From Saccostrea cucullata (taxonomy: Eukaryota): 64,000 nucleotides of DNA. Made by a program: the position numbers and the translations under genes. The DNA lies in the NCBI RefSeq assembly GCF_032062105.1, contig NW_026925910.1, positions 434,001-498,000 on the forward strand. Reading direction: 5' to 3'. Positions 39,428 through 52,738 of this stretch are shown here, piece by piece (the stretch's first letter is position 1; each line of letters begins with the position of its first letter). The notes beneath the pieces were generated by a model, which saw only the letters and a list, made by a program, of their open reading frames with translations, had not been told where the DNA came from and made no database searches.

Positions 39428-39639
39428 AGTTTGTTAAAAACACGTTCTTAATTTTCTGTTCATTGTTCTTCTTTTCTGAAAGTATTGTCTTCCTGCAAAA
39501 TTTTATTAAAATAGAAAATATGATGTAAAGACTATTTTTCATAATACCATTTTTTTCTATTTTATTAAAAAATGGGAAGACATGGTCTTGTGGGGGGGGG
39601 GGGGGGGGATGGTGACCTTGTATCTTGGGGAGATCTATT

Positions 39640-41351
39640 CTTGTCATACAGAAGTGCCTTTGTCATTTTGAGAATGCTTCCTTCCTCTCCTCTGAAGACA
39701 ATATCTCTTCAGTCCTTGATGTTTGGTTTTCTATATCAGTATGCAGAGCCTTCTTCACTTCTCTCTGAATATCACAACACTCCTGTTTATGTAGCTCTTT
39801 TAAACTGTTTTACAGATATTGCCTCATTTGTTTATTTCCTTCATTCTTGGTTCATTCAATGTCCATGTTTAAGGCATTTCCAAATCTTTGATTCTTCGCT
39901 TCATTATATACATGAATGTAACACTTTTCACTGGTCTCTGTATAAATGTTATAAATCTATCCGTATTCAACTTTGATTGGTGCTCTTTGCTAATCCTATG
40001 TTTTGCAGCTCCTCAAATTTTTTTTTCCGTATATACGTTGAATTCATTTCGTTATCTTGATTTCTTTAAAGAACTATATGCGGTATATTGCATATATTTG
40101 CCCCCCACAAAAGTCAAATTTTGAAAACTTCCTGAAATGTACTGAATTCAATAAATTGTGTGAGAAATATAAATTAACAGAAAATATTATAGTGTCAAAG
40201 CAGTGTATTCACAATTTTTGTTTTTATGACGTCACAAACTAGTCCGATTTTATATCCTTTTTCAGAAAGAGGACAAAATGGACAAAATTTAACAATTTTA
40301 GCTTTAAAATTTATAGAGCGCAAGTTTGTTCAGGAACAATATTGACATATTTCATTGATATTATCATTCTACATATTATATCAAAATATTGATCTTGAAC
40401 ACACATGCGCTCGGTGACTTTTACTCAAAATATCGACAAAATATGTACATTTTTCTGTAAAATTTATAAAAAAAAAAAAAAAAAAAACCCTGAAATTTAC
40501 GTCATATTTGTGACGTCATTACGTACATATGGCGTCATTACTCATGAAAATATTCAGTGCTTTGAAGTCAACATATACTCCCCTGTTTAAGAACTTAATT
40601 AAATATATCTCCATCAAAGTTTGATTTGGGGGGCAAATATTGGATATTACCGAATAAAGTTCTTTCCCCTTCAAATTCTTTCATGGTATCTTCTTTTCCA
40701 TTTGTGCTGCGAATAATGTTGATAGATGTTAGCAGCGGATGGTGGTGACTATCAGCGTTGACTTCACAAGCAGTAAAGAGCGTCTCTTTATTATTTGTGT
40801 CAATATAAACTCTTAAATTATAATTTATTAATATTTCGATGGGAAAATGATGATCATCTAATTTTTAATTTTTGTAGTGGTAAAAAAGCTGTAGTTCTTT
40901 CTCTGTGCTCATTCAATCATGGTTGTACAATCATGTTTTCCATTGAACTTTTTTCAAATTTCGTTATTTGCTCATACCGGTATTCATATCACCATGATTT
41001 TTTTTTCATTTTCATAGCCTGGCCTGGTGTTTTGTCTATTCCCTGATGTAATTGTTCTTCAGATGCATTTTTGACTTCCTAATCCGCGTCGTTACTGGGA
41101 GCGGAACGTTGAAACATGGGCAAGACGACTTTGTTGATAGAGAGCTTCTTCATGAATGTTGATCTGGTCCTGACTTCCTTCTCAAACATTTCTTTTGTCA
41201 GTTTGGTGTAATGGCTTTTAATATTTCTGGTACCTTGTACAGTGTATCTCCCCATGGCTGCTGTTATTTTTTGGCAAACAATTACGTGTGAATAGTTGCA
41301 AAATCCTATTTTGATCTTGGTCCTGGGCGTGGGGAAGGCCTTTCTGTTCAT
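39640..41351 (-). mobile_element. Heavily decayed LINE fragment (RTE-like endonuclease and linker), interrupted by a MITE
   Basis: PRTKIKIGFCN (cf. IGTWNV), RSLL..ADSHHHPLL (cf. SDHH), IQREVKKALHTD; many stops. Confidence 0.5.
40068..40665. mobile_element. TIR element nested in the LINE remnant
   Basis: AAAGAACTATATGCGGTA..ATATTTGCCCCCCA / TGGGGGGCAAATAT..TACCGAATAAAGTTCTTT. Confidence 0.7.
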
Positions 41352-41386
41352 GTTGATAATTTCACAAATATTTTCACTACTAGTAC

Positions 41387-42032
41387 TAGCTGCAATATAT
41401 AGCCCTCTCCCATTTTTTTTTATTTGGGGGGGGGGGGAGAGGGCTACAACTCCTTAGGATCTCCGTAATGGTGCAATGCGGCAGCGATTCACTCCCGCAC
41501 GGATTTCGGCTCAAATTGTCAGTAAACGGCTATTTTATTAATATGTCTTACCTGGACTTCCAAAATGTAGTTATCCCAGACATAAATCGATCCAAAAATA
41601 TACAGAACAATCCATATATCCGTATTTTTCGTGTATGTCAACATCACAACTTAAATTTATCCGCCATGCTTACTGACCTTGACAGATTTTATTTTGGGAC
41701 AGCCTATGAGATTAAGGATCTATAGGGAGCGAAAAAATAACACATGAAATGATTTTATTTATCGATGTTTAGTGTTACTATTCATCACAATTATTTATAA
41801 ACATCGACATTTGCTTTACTGAGTTATTCTAAATTTCAAGCGCGAGTCTCGGTACGTCACGCGTGAACTGTCATGGCTGCTGAGTAAGGCACACACTTAT
41901 TTTACATGGTTTTCGCGTTTAACAGTTTGCGGGAGTGAATCACTGCCGCATTGCACCATTACGGAGATCATAAGGAGTTGTAGCCCTCCCCCCCCCCAAA
42001 AAAAAAGGGAGAGGGCTACATTATTGCAGCTA
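41387..42032. mobile_element. MITE with about 110-bp TIRs starting TAGCTGCA
   Basis: Long TIRs, each with an internal TAGCCCTC..GAGGGCTA hairpin; no clear TSD. Confidence 0.8.
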
Positions 42033-42392
42033 CGTCCGAGGTAGCGTAGGGACGTTATCCGAGGCTTCTGGTGAAACCTATAGTAACATAAGTATTACTC
42101 CTGGATAACGGAACCATGCAGCATCTGACCCGTATGCTTTAATTATAACTAAATTGAAATATTGACAACCGAAGGATGCTTGTATGTCACTTTCTCTACC
42201 ATCTCCGCATCTAATGCAGGCAAGAAAACGTACACGTATGGCATTATTCCATACTCATGATACTGACATACAAGCATATGCTGGCTGGTCGGTTGTCATC
42301 CGAGGAACTAGCAACAATGCATGTTATTTTAACACGTGATTAGTATTAAAGGATATCCATTTCCTTATACTACATGTAGTTAAAAGATACTG

Positions 42393-42568
42393 ACCCTAAA
42401 ACGTGCTACAACACCACTTACACGATTCAGTTCGTTTTGAGCTTGCATTATTCGGTTCGTTTTGAGAACATTTTGTGCACCGTACGGTTCGTTTTGTGAA
42501 CGGTACAATATGCTTCTTGCACGGAACGGTTACTTTCGTTTCTGAGGTATAGTAGCACGTTTTATGGT
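42393..42568. mobile_element. Small MITE
   Basis: ACCCTAAAACGTGCTAC ... GTAGCACGTTTTATGGT with internal GGTTCGTTTTG subrepeats. Confidence 0.55.
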
Positions 42569-42796
42569 CTGTTAACATGCATATATAAAGATAACAGTCA
42601 ATTATTTTTTTTTAAATGCATAATTATCGGATTGTATCGACATAACGTTACATGCTTTTTATACAGCTAGTCTGGCATAGGATTATAACTAGGATTGTTA
42701 TAAAATATAACTAAGTGTTACCTTTAAATGGATCAATCACAAACAAACAGCGCCATTTTCTTTTATTACGGCGGACTTCCAAGTTCACCTGGTTAA

Positions 42797-42880
42797 AGGG
42801 TCAAGATTGCATAATGCGTTCCATTTAAGAACATTTAAGGGTCAAGATTGCATAATGCGTTCCATTTAAGAACATTTAAG
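42797..42880. repeat. Perfect 41-bp tandem duplication
   Basis: AAGGGTCAAGATTGCATAATGCGTTCCATTTAAGAACATTT twice. Confidence 0.9.
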
Positions 42881-43637
42881 AAGCTGTTCGTTTCCAAGCT
42901 TTTCAAACACATATTATTTATGAATTTAAGGATGTACAACACATCCACCCAAAAAACACATTTCGTTTAATTTTTGTCGGTTTATATACATTTTCTGCTA
43001 AGATGAGTGTACAAATTTTGGACATAACCGCTGAAGTTGTATTTTGCCAGGAAGTTAAAAAATTATCCGCTTTTTTAATTGCTGTTCACAAGGAGAAGAA
43101 ATTTTCAATCGGCTGAAAAGGCTTAAGCTAGCCTATAAAATTCTTGATCTTCAAATAAAAAAAACAAACAAAAAAATCATGTTAGCATAGCTTTCACATT
43201 ACATTGGCACATATGTTTTAACATTAAACACATAAAAAAGTAATTTTTTTAGAAGTACGACGAACTTCACAAACAAATTTGAAGAACATACATGTAAACT
43301 ATAAAATAAAAATTGTTCATATAAGCCTTGAAATCTTTTAAAATTACTGTTTATTAAAAAACAAACCAAAAAACACAAACAACTATCGCTTAATTTCGGA
43401 TGAAAAATTCGTCAAGTAGCTGGTTGCAAAGATATTAATCATTATTATTAATTCACACAAGAGCCCCCCCCCCCCCATCTTGTACGAATTTCGCTCTACA
43501 TTGCTTACATAAAATGGAAACCCTTAAAAAAATGCACCCCTTTGGTTTTATTGACATCACCATGTAAGTTATGATAGACAGTCAGAATAAGAAATCAAAT
43601 GGCAGACAACAGATAAAACATAGGTAATCAGAGATTA

Positions 43638-45830
43638 CAGAGCTCACCTCAACGAATGCTGTCTTTAAGTAAGGCAAAGTCACACAATTAAGGTATCCGA
43701 TCCATATTAGCCTCAGATTGAATGGAATTGAATGTATAATGGATATGTATGGGCTGAATAAACAGTGTGGTTAGAACTAATTTTCATCTTTTAGTATCAG
43801 AATGTAAGAGTAGGACATGTCCTAATTAATGACCTTTTCCTGCCCTTGACAAATTATCTCCCTTTGATTTTACTCAATAAAAACTAATTTAAAAAAATAT
43901 CTGTCTGGTAAAAAAATCATTCCTAATTGTTTTTCTATTCCCAATGATCAAATACATCTTTCTACCACAGCATTTTTTGATATCTGAAGTATTTATTTTT
44001 TTATCTTAAAAAAACTTACTTCCTTTCCTAGACTTCAATGCAATCTTCAATAATTAATTTCTGCTTAGTAAATAAAATTTTTGAAAATTTCTCTTGGTAA
44101 ATCCCTTTCTACTCTTAAATGCTTTAAAATATAATTGATATTTAAGGTTAGAAATTTTGGTCCTAATATGGGTCGGATACCTTAACCAAAAAAAAAATGT
44201 ACAAATGTACATCCAAAAAATGCAAAATTTATGCAATTTTGATCTGATACCTTGGAATAGACCTATATAAAAACTTCAAACTAGTTCTTCATCACGAAAA
44301 TATTATTAAAATCCAGCATCTGAAGCAATCTAGTTTTAGAGTTTTCATCCCTTGATGGATCATTTGGGCAAGTTTGGTTTATATAAGCCTTATAGTTTCT
44401 TGGTAATAGACCTGCACCAATAACTTTTACCTGGTCCATTATCTGGAAAATGTATGTCGAATTCAGCATCCGGAGCAAGTCCATTAGTGTGCATCCTAAG
44501 ATGTATCATCCATGCGAGTTTGCACAACATAGGGCTGATAGTTACTTAGAAATGAAACCTGCATAAAAATCTAACCTCTTAACTCATCCAGAAAAAAATG
44601 TAGGTCAGATTCAGCATCCGAAGCCAGCCTGGTAGAATGCAACCTAAGATGTATCATCCAAGCAAGTTTGGTCATTAAAGAGCTCATGGTTACTTGGAAA
44701 TGAATCCTGCACCAAAAACTTTAACCTGTTCACTCATCCAGAAAATGCAGGTCAGATTCAGCATCCAAAGCAAGTCTGGTAGTATGCGTCCTAAGATGTA
44801 TCAATCATCCATGCAAGTTTAGTCATTATAGGGTTCATTGTAACTTGGAAATGAGATTCACTCGTCCGGAAAATGTAGGTCACATTCAGCATCCGAAATA
44901 AGTCTGGTAGTATGCATACTAAAATGTACCATCCATGCAAGTTTGGTCATTATAAGGCTCATAGTATCTTGGAAATGAAACCTGCACCAAAAACTTTAAC
45001 CTGTTCACTCAACCAGAAAATGTAGGTCAGATCCAGCATCCGAAGCAAGCCTGGTAGTTTGCATCCTCAGCTGTATCATTCATGCAAGTTTGGTCAACAT
45101 AGGGCTTATAGTTACTTGGAAATGAGACCTGCACCAGAAACTCTAATCTGTTCACTCAACCAGAAAATGTAGGTCAGATTCAGCATCCGAAGCAAGCCTG
45201 GTAGTGTGCATCCTTAGATGTATCATCCATGCAAGTTTGGTCAACATAGGGCTTATAGTTACTTGGAAATGAGACCTGCACCAGAAACTTTAACCTGTTC
45301 ACTCAACCGGAAAATGTAGGTCAGATTCAGCATCCGAAGCCAGCCTGGTAGTGTGCATCCTTAGATGTATCATCCGTGCAAGTTTGGTCAACATAGGGCT
45401 TATAGTTACATGGAAATGAGACCTGCACCAAAAACTTTAACCTGTTCACTCAACCGGAAAATGTAGGTCAGATTCAGCACCCAAAGCAAGTCTGGTAGTG
45501 TGCATCCTTAGATGTATCATTCTTGTAAGCTTGGTCAACATAGGGCTTATTTCCTTAGAAATGAGACCTACACCAAAAACTGCACCAAAAATGTTAACCT
45601 GCTCCAAAAACATTAACCTGGCCATTTCCTTTGCTTAAATTGCAGCATCTGAAACTTTGACTGGTACAATGAAACACACTAGAAGCATCTTCCATGATTG
45701 TCTATTAATCAATATAGGACATAGAAGTACTTAAAAAGAAAACTGCTCCAAAAAACTTAACCTTAACCTGGGACGCCGACGCCGAGGGTATTACATAAGC
45801 TCCCCCAACATCGTTGAGGTGAGCTAAAAA
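43638..45830 (+). mobile_element. HINE with a 147-bp satellite core (about 8 copies, 44400-45600)
   Basis: AGCTCACCTCAACGA at the 5' end and TCGTTGAGGTGAGCT at the 3' end; unit marker at 45016, 45163, 45310. Confidence 0.85.
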
Positions 45831-47434
45831 GAAATATTATAGCATAATTGTAAGTAACACAATTTAACATAATTCGTTATAGTCCCTGAATTTGTTTTCT
45901 CTGCATAAAGCATATATCTAATTAGTTACATAAAGATATATAGTATTATAATAATCACATGTGATCTTTCATGCTTTTTCAGAGGTAACTTTATTTTAAA
46001 TCCTGCAATTTTATCATAGAAATAAAGTTTTCCCGAGTAAGAAGATGAAATTTTGTTCAAATATTGAATTGTCATATCAATAAAAGTTTTATTTAACTTA
46101 AACCTCAAATCCTTATAAAAAGGAAATATTTAAGTAGGTCAAGATTAGTTTTTGTTGAAGATTGAAAAGCTTGCTTTTTATGAAGTATAACCCTTTTTCA
46201 AAGCTAACTCTTCGTCCTCTTCGAAAATTGATACTAAATATAAAATTATTATTATTATGCATTATTATTTTATGTTATGTTTGATTCCATATTCCTTAAT
46301 CTGTTATTCAAACATGTTTTGATAACATACACGTATAGTAAAGTGGATAAGAACTAATCCAGCATCGACATCTAACTTTGCATATGTATACTTAGAATAT
46401 CTTCAAGATTCGTGATTTCGAATTTTTTCAAATGGCGGAACACATTCTGGGGATTTAATATCTAACTAAGAGTCTGGGATCAATATTTTATTCATTTGCA
46501 TAATTATAAAATAAACCAGTAATATGAATATTATGATGCCAATATTGTAGCAGTAAACAATAAATTGTAAGGAATGTGACGTGACATTTTCTCACAGCAG
46601 AGAGAGACAGAAAGCAAAATTTAAAAAATGACTGGGTTAAAAATTCATTTCCAGTTTCTAAGTATTGCAGTGAATAAACAAAATCTTTTTAAGTCTCATT
46701 TTCCAATAGAAAAACAAAACACTACGATATTTTTCCGATATAATTTTTTTTAGAAACAACTTTTTATAATTAGCCAATCAAAATCTTTGCTTTAAAAACA
46801 GAAATATTATATTTATTCAATGTTTTAAATCTGTATTTGAATGTAACTAGAATTAAGAAATGTAAACATTTTTTTAAATGATAAGACAGGCGTTTTACTT
46901 TTAATGATGAAAATATTTAGAGAAAAACACTCAATGCACAAAATATGTACACTATTTTGAAACCAAACGCTTATATCATACAGAAGAGATATCATCTATA
47001 GATTTTTTTTCCGAACTTAATGCACACAAGCTGCCTTGCTATAGACCTCGTATAGCCTAGAGGAACTTGGCTGGAAACTGAAAATACGAATAACTAAGGA
47101 GCGAGTTAATGAAATGGATTAGATCAACTTCCGGTTTTGAAAAGGTTATGTCTTATGATAAACAGATGTTTTTAAAGACAATTTTCTTTGTTAGTTTACC
47201 GACAGGAAATTTCTTATAGAAGTGGATTATCGGCAGAAGGTGTACAGAAAGTATTTCTTTGGTCGACGAAACCGAAGATACATTCTTTTGAGGAGAACGA
47301 AGGTTTTCGAATTGTGCATGTTAAGACGTTGAAGAAATGGCAAGAAATAACACGTAAGACTGGTCTAGTGAACCAAAATTTACAATAGTGTGCTTACATT
47401 TATTATAGATACATTAATATTTTTGAATGTGAGA

Positions 47435-47911
47435 ATGTCGACTACAGTTGACCGAGGCACAGCGATGGACCATAGTCATCTTTTAGAGAAGGAAACGGAA
47501 GCGAGGTTGAAATTTGAGAAAGCTTGTCAACAGATCGCACTGTTGGATCAGAAAATCAAAGACTTAGAGGTCAGATACAAACGGGCTGTAAAAAATAAGA
47601 AAAACTCTTTCCGCTACAACCTGAGATTGAGACTATCTGTAGTTACAGGAGTTAAAATGATGTATCATCACCATGCCAGCACAAAGGCAGAAGAATTAAC
47701 AAGAATCAGAAGACAAATTAATAACTCTATACAGAACTCTGAAGCAGGTCGAGACAGAGAATCAAGAGAAAATCTGGACTTTGTTCCTGTACGCTTGAGA
47801 ATGTCTCGAGATAGAGAGTCTCGATCGAGCCACAGCAGTCACAGTAGTCACAGTCACGCCAGCACATCTGTAGAAGAAGAAGCGTTTGCTCATCACAGCG
47901 GCGGATGTTAG
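47435..47911 (+). CDS. Intronless 158-aa coiled-coil protein of unknown function
   Basis: Clean ORF with higher GC than its flanks, heptad pattern (FEKACQQIALLDQKIKDLEVRY), Ser/His/Arg-rich tail, downstream AATAAA near 48418. Confidence 0.75.
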   Translation: MSTTVDRGTAMDHSHLLEKETEARLKFEKACQQIALLDQKIKDLEVRYKRAVKNKKNSFRYNLRLRLSVVTGVKMMYHHHASTKAEELTRIRRQINNSIQNSEAGRDRESRENLDFVPVRLRMSRDRESRSSHSSHSSHSHASTSVEEEAFAHHSGGC

Positions 47912-48797
47912 TGTACAGTAGTGCTTCATTTTTTAAAACACAAATACTTGTAATACTCTTTGATGGAATTCATTCTATATGAAAATTTTCAAGAAAATTT
48001 ATTTTTAAAATTATTTGAATGATTAGTGACATAATTATTACCTGTAGTATTTTACATGTATGTAATTTACATGTATGTGCTTGGTATTTTAAGCTGATAA
48101 TCAACGTGGATAATGTTAAATATATATTTTGTTTATTATCCATAATTGTTGAAATGATTTTGACACCATTGTCAATGTTATTGATTTTGTTTAAATGAAT
48201 TAAAATTTAAAATATATATGCACGATGTAATTCATTTGTTGTGTTATATAATGCTGTTAAGTGTATTGTATCTTTTTTTTTGTCTCACATTCTTAAATTT
48301 TATCTACTGGAGCTAAGATTATTAAAGATTGCCATGTTAGATTTAATTTTAAACAATGATTTTTGTTTATGTATAATAATAGGACAGTAATGGATGATTT
48401 TATAATGGATACAAAGAAATAAAATTTCTTAATGCAATGAAAATTTTCAAAGTAAATATACAAGCTTATGATTCTGAGTGGTTATTCAGATGGTTTCTTT
48501 TAAAAGTATATGTACCGGTACTAGAAATCAAGTTATCATCCATAATATCCTGTTGCATTTTTAATTTTTTTTTGGTTACATTTTATGGATTGATTTTATG
48601 CATTATTTAATGTTTATCCATTCACATATTGTTTTGCATGTTATAAGTTTAGGAATGCACATAACACAAATGGATACTTTTGAATTTTGTAATTCCTTGT
48701 TCATACATGTTTATCATTTTTGATCTTCATGATGTATTTAAATATACATACTTTCATATTAATTGATGATTTACATGAAATTTTTAACTCCTCTTTT

Positions 48798-48800
<3 letters not shown>

Positions 48801-48840
<40 letters not shown>
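48801..48840. repeat. Poly-T tract, about 40 nt
   Basis: Uninterrupted T run. Confidence 0.9.
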
Positions 48841-48841
<1 letters not shown>

Positions 48842-51800
48842 ACTAAACCCACAAAACATGAAAAATTGATGGATTATTAATTTTAGTTTCATGAATAGAA
48901 TAAAAATTCAATGAAAGTAATGGATTTTGTTTACAATTATTCTTTACCATTATGGCATTAAGAAATCTTAATGCAGTAAATAATGTATTGAGAAGCATAG
49001 CAGAAAAAAATTGAGGTAGTTTTTGAAATTAAGGTACTTGAAAATGGCACTGTGCTTTGAGTGTACTCCTGAGCTATGATATTGTACTGAAAAAAAGACA
49101 CAGATTTGTGTTTCTGTCACTGAGCTCCTCCAAATGATCTTGAGTCAAAGTCACCTGTGTAATACATGTAACCCTTTAAAGCATCTACAGAATGGCAATA
49201 AAGTACATATATAATATGCAATGTAAAAAACTACATGTAATGGAGGAACTAAAATGAGAGAAATATGATACAAGAGGGATGATCAAGGATCAAGAAAAAA
49301 TTAGTCTGGTACATGTACTGTCAAAGAAACTTAGTAGACCTACTGGTAGTTACATGCCTGCTTGTGTGTACCAGTGCAATATCAACAACTCGATATCGTT
49401 GAGGTATACATGTATTATGTTATACAAATGTAAGCCTACTGCAGTCTAACATTGACATTGCTTGGTCTTTGTAAAAATTTAATGTACAAGGTAATCTGCA
49501 TAGAAATGTTATTTATTAAAAGAAGTAATGCATTTTCACTATATTATCAATGAAGCCCAGTCCTAACACCATTACTTCAACCCAGTGTTTTCCCTTCATT
49601 TCAAAGAAAAGGGTTAGAGATCAGTTGTAACAGGTTTGGGGCTGAGATTTATGAACAGATTCTTTGTGGACCATGAAAAAAATTTTATTTCAAAGTGGCA
49701 TTTTTCTAAAATTGAAGCAGTCAATTTGGCTGGTAGCCGGTTCTTAGGGAAAACCTTGTCAACCCAGAGGCCTTGGTTTGCATGATTGAGCACTTAGTTG
49801 TTCTGCTTACTACACAGCAGTAGAGAAGATTTTCCCAACAATTTAATGTATTTTCACAGACCATAAACTAAGAACAGAAATGAGTCAAAATATCTTGAGT
49901 TTTAATATAACAACTTCAAATACCTTATGACAAATTCTGTTTCATCATCAACAATAGGCACATGGGCCACATCACTCACCTTAGCACATGGGCTAGGAAA
50001 AGCACAAATCAGTTTAGTATTGACAAGTTTACTCCGGCAGGGCGGGAACTTGAATTTTATACAACATGTACAACTTGAGGATACTGAACCTGAGCTGAGT
50101 GCCAGGAAAGATAAAAGTCATGTGGAATCATCCTCAGTGTAGATTCAATTGTTCAAATCATAATCCCCCCTCCCTTCTCCGTTTAAGAGGTAGGTCACAT
50201 TTAAGCTTTTCAATACTAAACTGACTTTGCTTTTTTCCAAGCCACAGTGCTCAGGTGAGCAAAGTGGCCCCTGGGCCTCTTATAACAATCATGCTAGAAG
50301 TTTGATTTTGATTGTTTCCAGGAGTAAAGAGCAAAATTATTAAAATAAATTGATTTTAATGGTTCTATCACTACCATACAGACTCAGAGGTGGAAATGGA
50401 CCATGAAATTCATAATTTTTCTTTTTCTTATCCATAGATGCTAAAATTGATTCATCAGTTCCTGCTATATAATGAAGCTGAATATACATAATTTAAGACC
50501 AAAGGATGAAAACAGGTAGCAATGGGTCACGTAAGTGCAGGTGGCCTACAATAATACACTAATCAGAAGAATGTAATCCTTTGTTGGTATTTTAGTACAA
50601 TTCTTTCAGCAAGATGTGGCATTCTCGACGTTACATATAATTTGCATCTGAAATTTACACAGCTTTCATTCATTGTTGAAGTATACATTGGATAGAAATG
50701 CTGGCGAATGTCAATATGTAATAACAGCATCTAGGATGGGAAAGAGGTGGGGCTTAAGTTGTCTCATTGTTGTCGACAACAATTTAAACTTCCTGAAATT
50801 ATTTATTTTTAAAGCAATGAGAATCTATTTACCATTTGACAGATGCTAATAACGTAGCATCAAGAATGCCACGCCTTACCGAAAGTTCAAAGTTACCTAT
50901 AAAGAATTGTACTAGTTCTATTCACTTAAATTCCTGTATATTAATGTAAACATTATACCACTGCAAAATATGGCAGATGATCTGTAGAGGCAGCACATAC
51001 CAATACCATCTCAAAGACTTTGAACTACTTTGTATTATACATGTACATAGAAGCAAAAACTGAAATATTTTGCATGAAAAACATTCCATTTCAAGCTTTG
51101 ATGTGAACATGATTATTTCAGGAGTTATTTATTCTTGCTGAGAGATGGAGAGCCTTAAGACTTCCAAAAACAGAGTTAAAAGAAAAACAGTCCCTTTACC
51201 AGTGCACTTCTTCTGATCTTTGGGAAAAAGGAACACTTTTATAAGAGATATTAACAACTTTATTAACAATGTACAGCTTTGCTAGCCGATTGCAACAATA
51301 CAAATACCGGGTATAGCATAGGTACTTAGCCAGTTTGGCTCAAATGAAACAAAAGTATAAACATCTACCTAAACTCAAAGTAAAATATTCAAATCTACAA
51401 GTTCATCAACAATGGTTCTTCACTGAATAAACAAACTACATTCACATGATATATGTTTGCTTATTTAAATAAATTTAAACATGGCCATATAATGTACTAA
51501 ATTTCTTCTCTGTTCTGGAAAACAGTCATTTAAACAATAATTCTTACCCTTCCCTACATATATCTTTGTCTCTGATGAATTGGGAAAAAAGGTATTGAAA
51601 TAAAATTGGATAGATAGTCATGTTCAATACATGGAGCAAAGCCATTACACAGTGTATGAAGCCAATACACGTAACTTTACATATATAGACTTTGTAAAAT
51701 CTTTACACAAGAGATTCAGCGATTTTTAGGAAAAAAAAAGAAATAACAACCTGTCATCAAAAAGAATACTACTGGGTAAGTCTTTATTATAAAATTCTAA

Positions 51801-52738
51801 TATCTATACAATTAATACCTAAAATATCATGAAACTGTAATGTTCCAACTTTGTTTTTCACCTAACTGACTAGGAAAATAGAGAACTAATGTAAATTTCT
51901 TGAATTCAATCTATCTAGCACCAAATAAATGAACATTTTTGTTGATCTCATTATGAGATATAATAAATTCGCCTCTACTACAGAGGGTACTTTGTGTCTT
52001 ATTTATTTACATAAATGTTGACATATCACAAAAAAACAGCTGAGTAATCTTGTACAACCAACTACAACCTTCAGGTTATTATCAAATATATACATGTACT
52101 AATTCAAGTTTGGATAGAGGTCTCTTCACAACACTGATTTTATACTAAGTATTTCACAAATTTGGTCAAAGTAAAACATAATTATCTTCAATGTTTTTGT
52201 TGAAGAGAGAAAATTACATTACACTGAAATTAAATCATTTTTGTGAAAAAACTGCGTTAACTAGGTTAGTAACTCATTTTGTTTCTCAGAGATAGGATAA
52301 ATAAAGGGACTTGAACACACTGATACAGAAATTAAAGCTGTTAAATCAGTAAAATCAATGATTCAATTTCAAGCTTTTGCATAATACCTACATTAAACAA
52401 TAGATAAATGTACAAGTAATAGAATAATGAGCTTTGAATATAATTTTTTATCTCCATATCAGGACTGCACAGTTTTACAATACATTCAAAACAAATACAG
52501 CTGCATATTTACATCAATGTTAATACTTCCTCTCAGACATGAATATGAAAGTTGATTTTTTTTAATGGTACATTTAACATTCAATATGAAATTATCTGCA
52601 AATCATTCAGCACGGGCCTGATAGACCAAAGTGTTTTTCTCTTCCTTCTCACACTCATGACTTAACGGTTTTTTTTTTTCTCCCTAACAAGGTATGTACA
52701 TTAGCTGTTTGGCAGCATACACTTTTCTACAAATCTCT

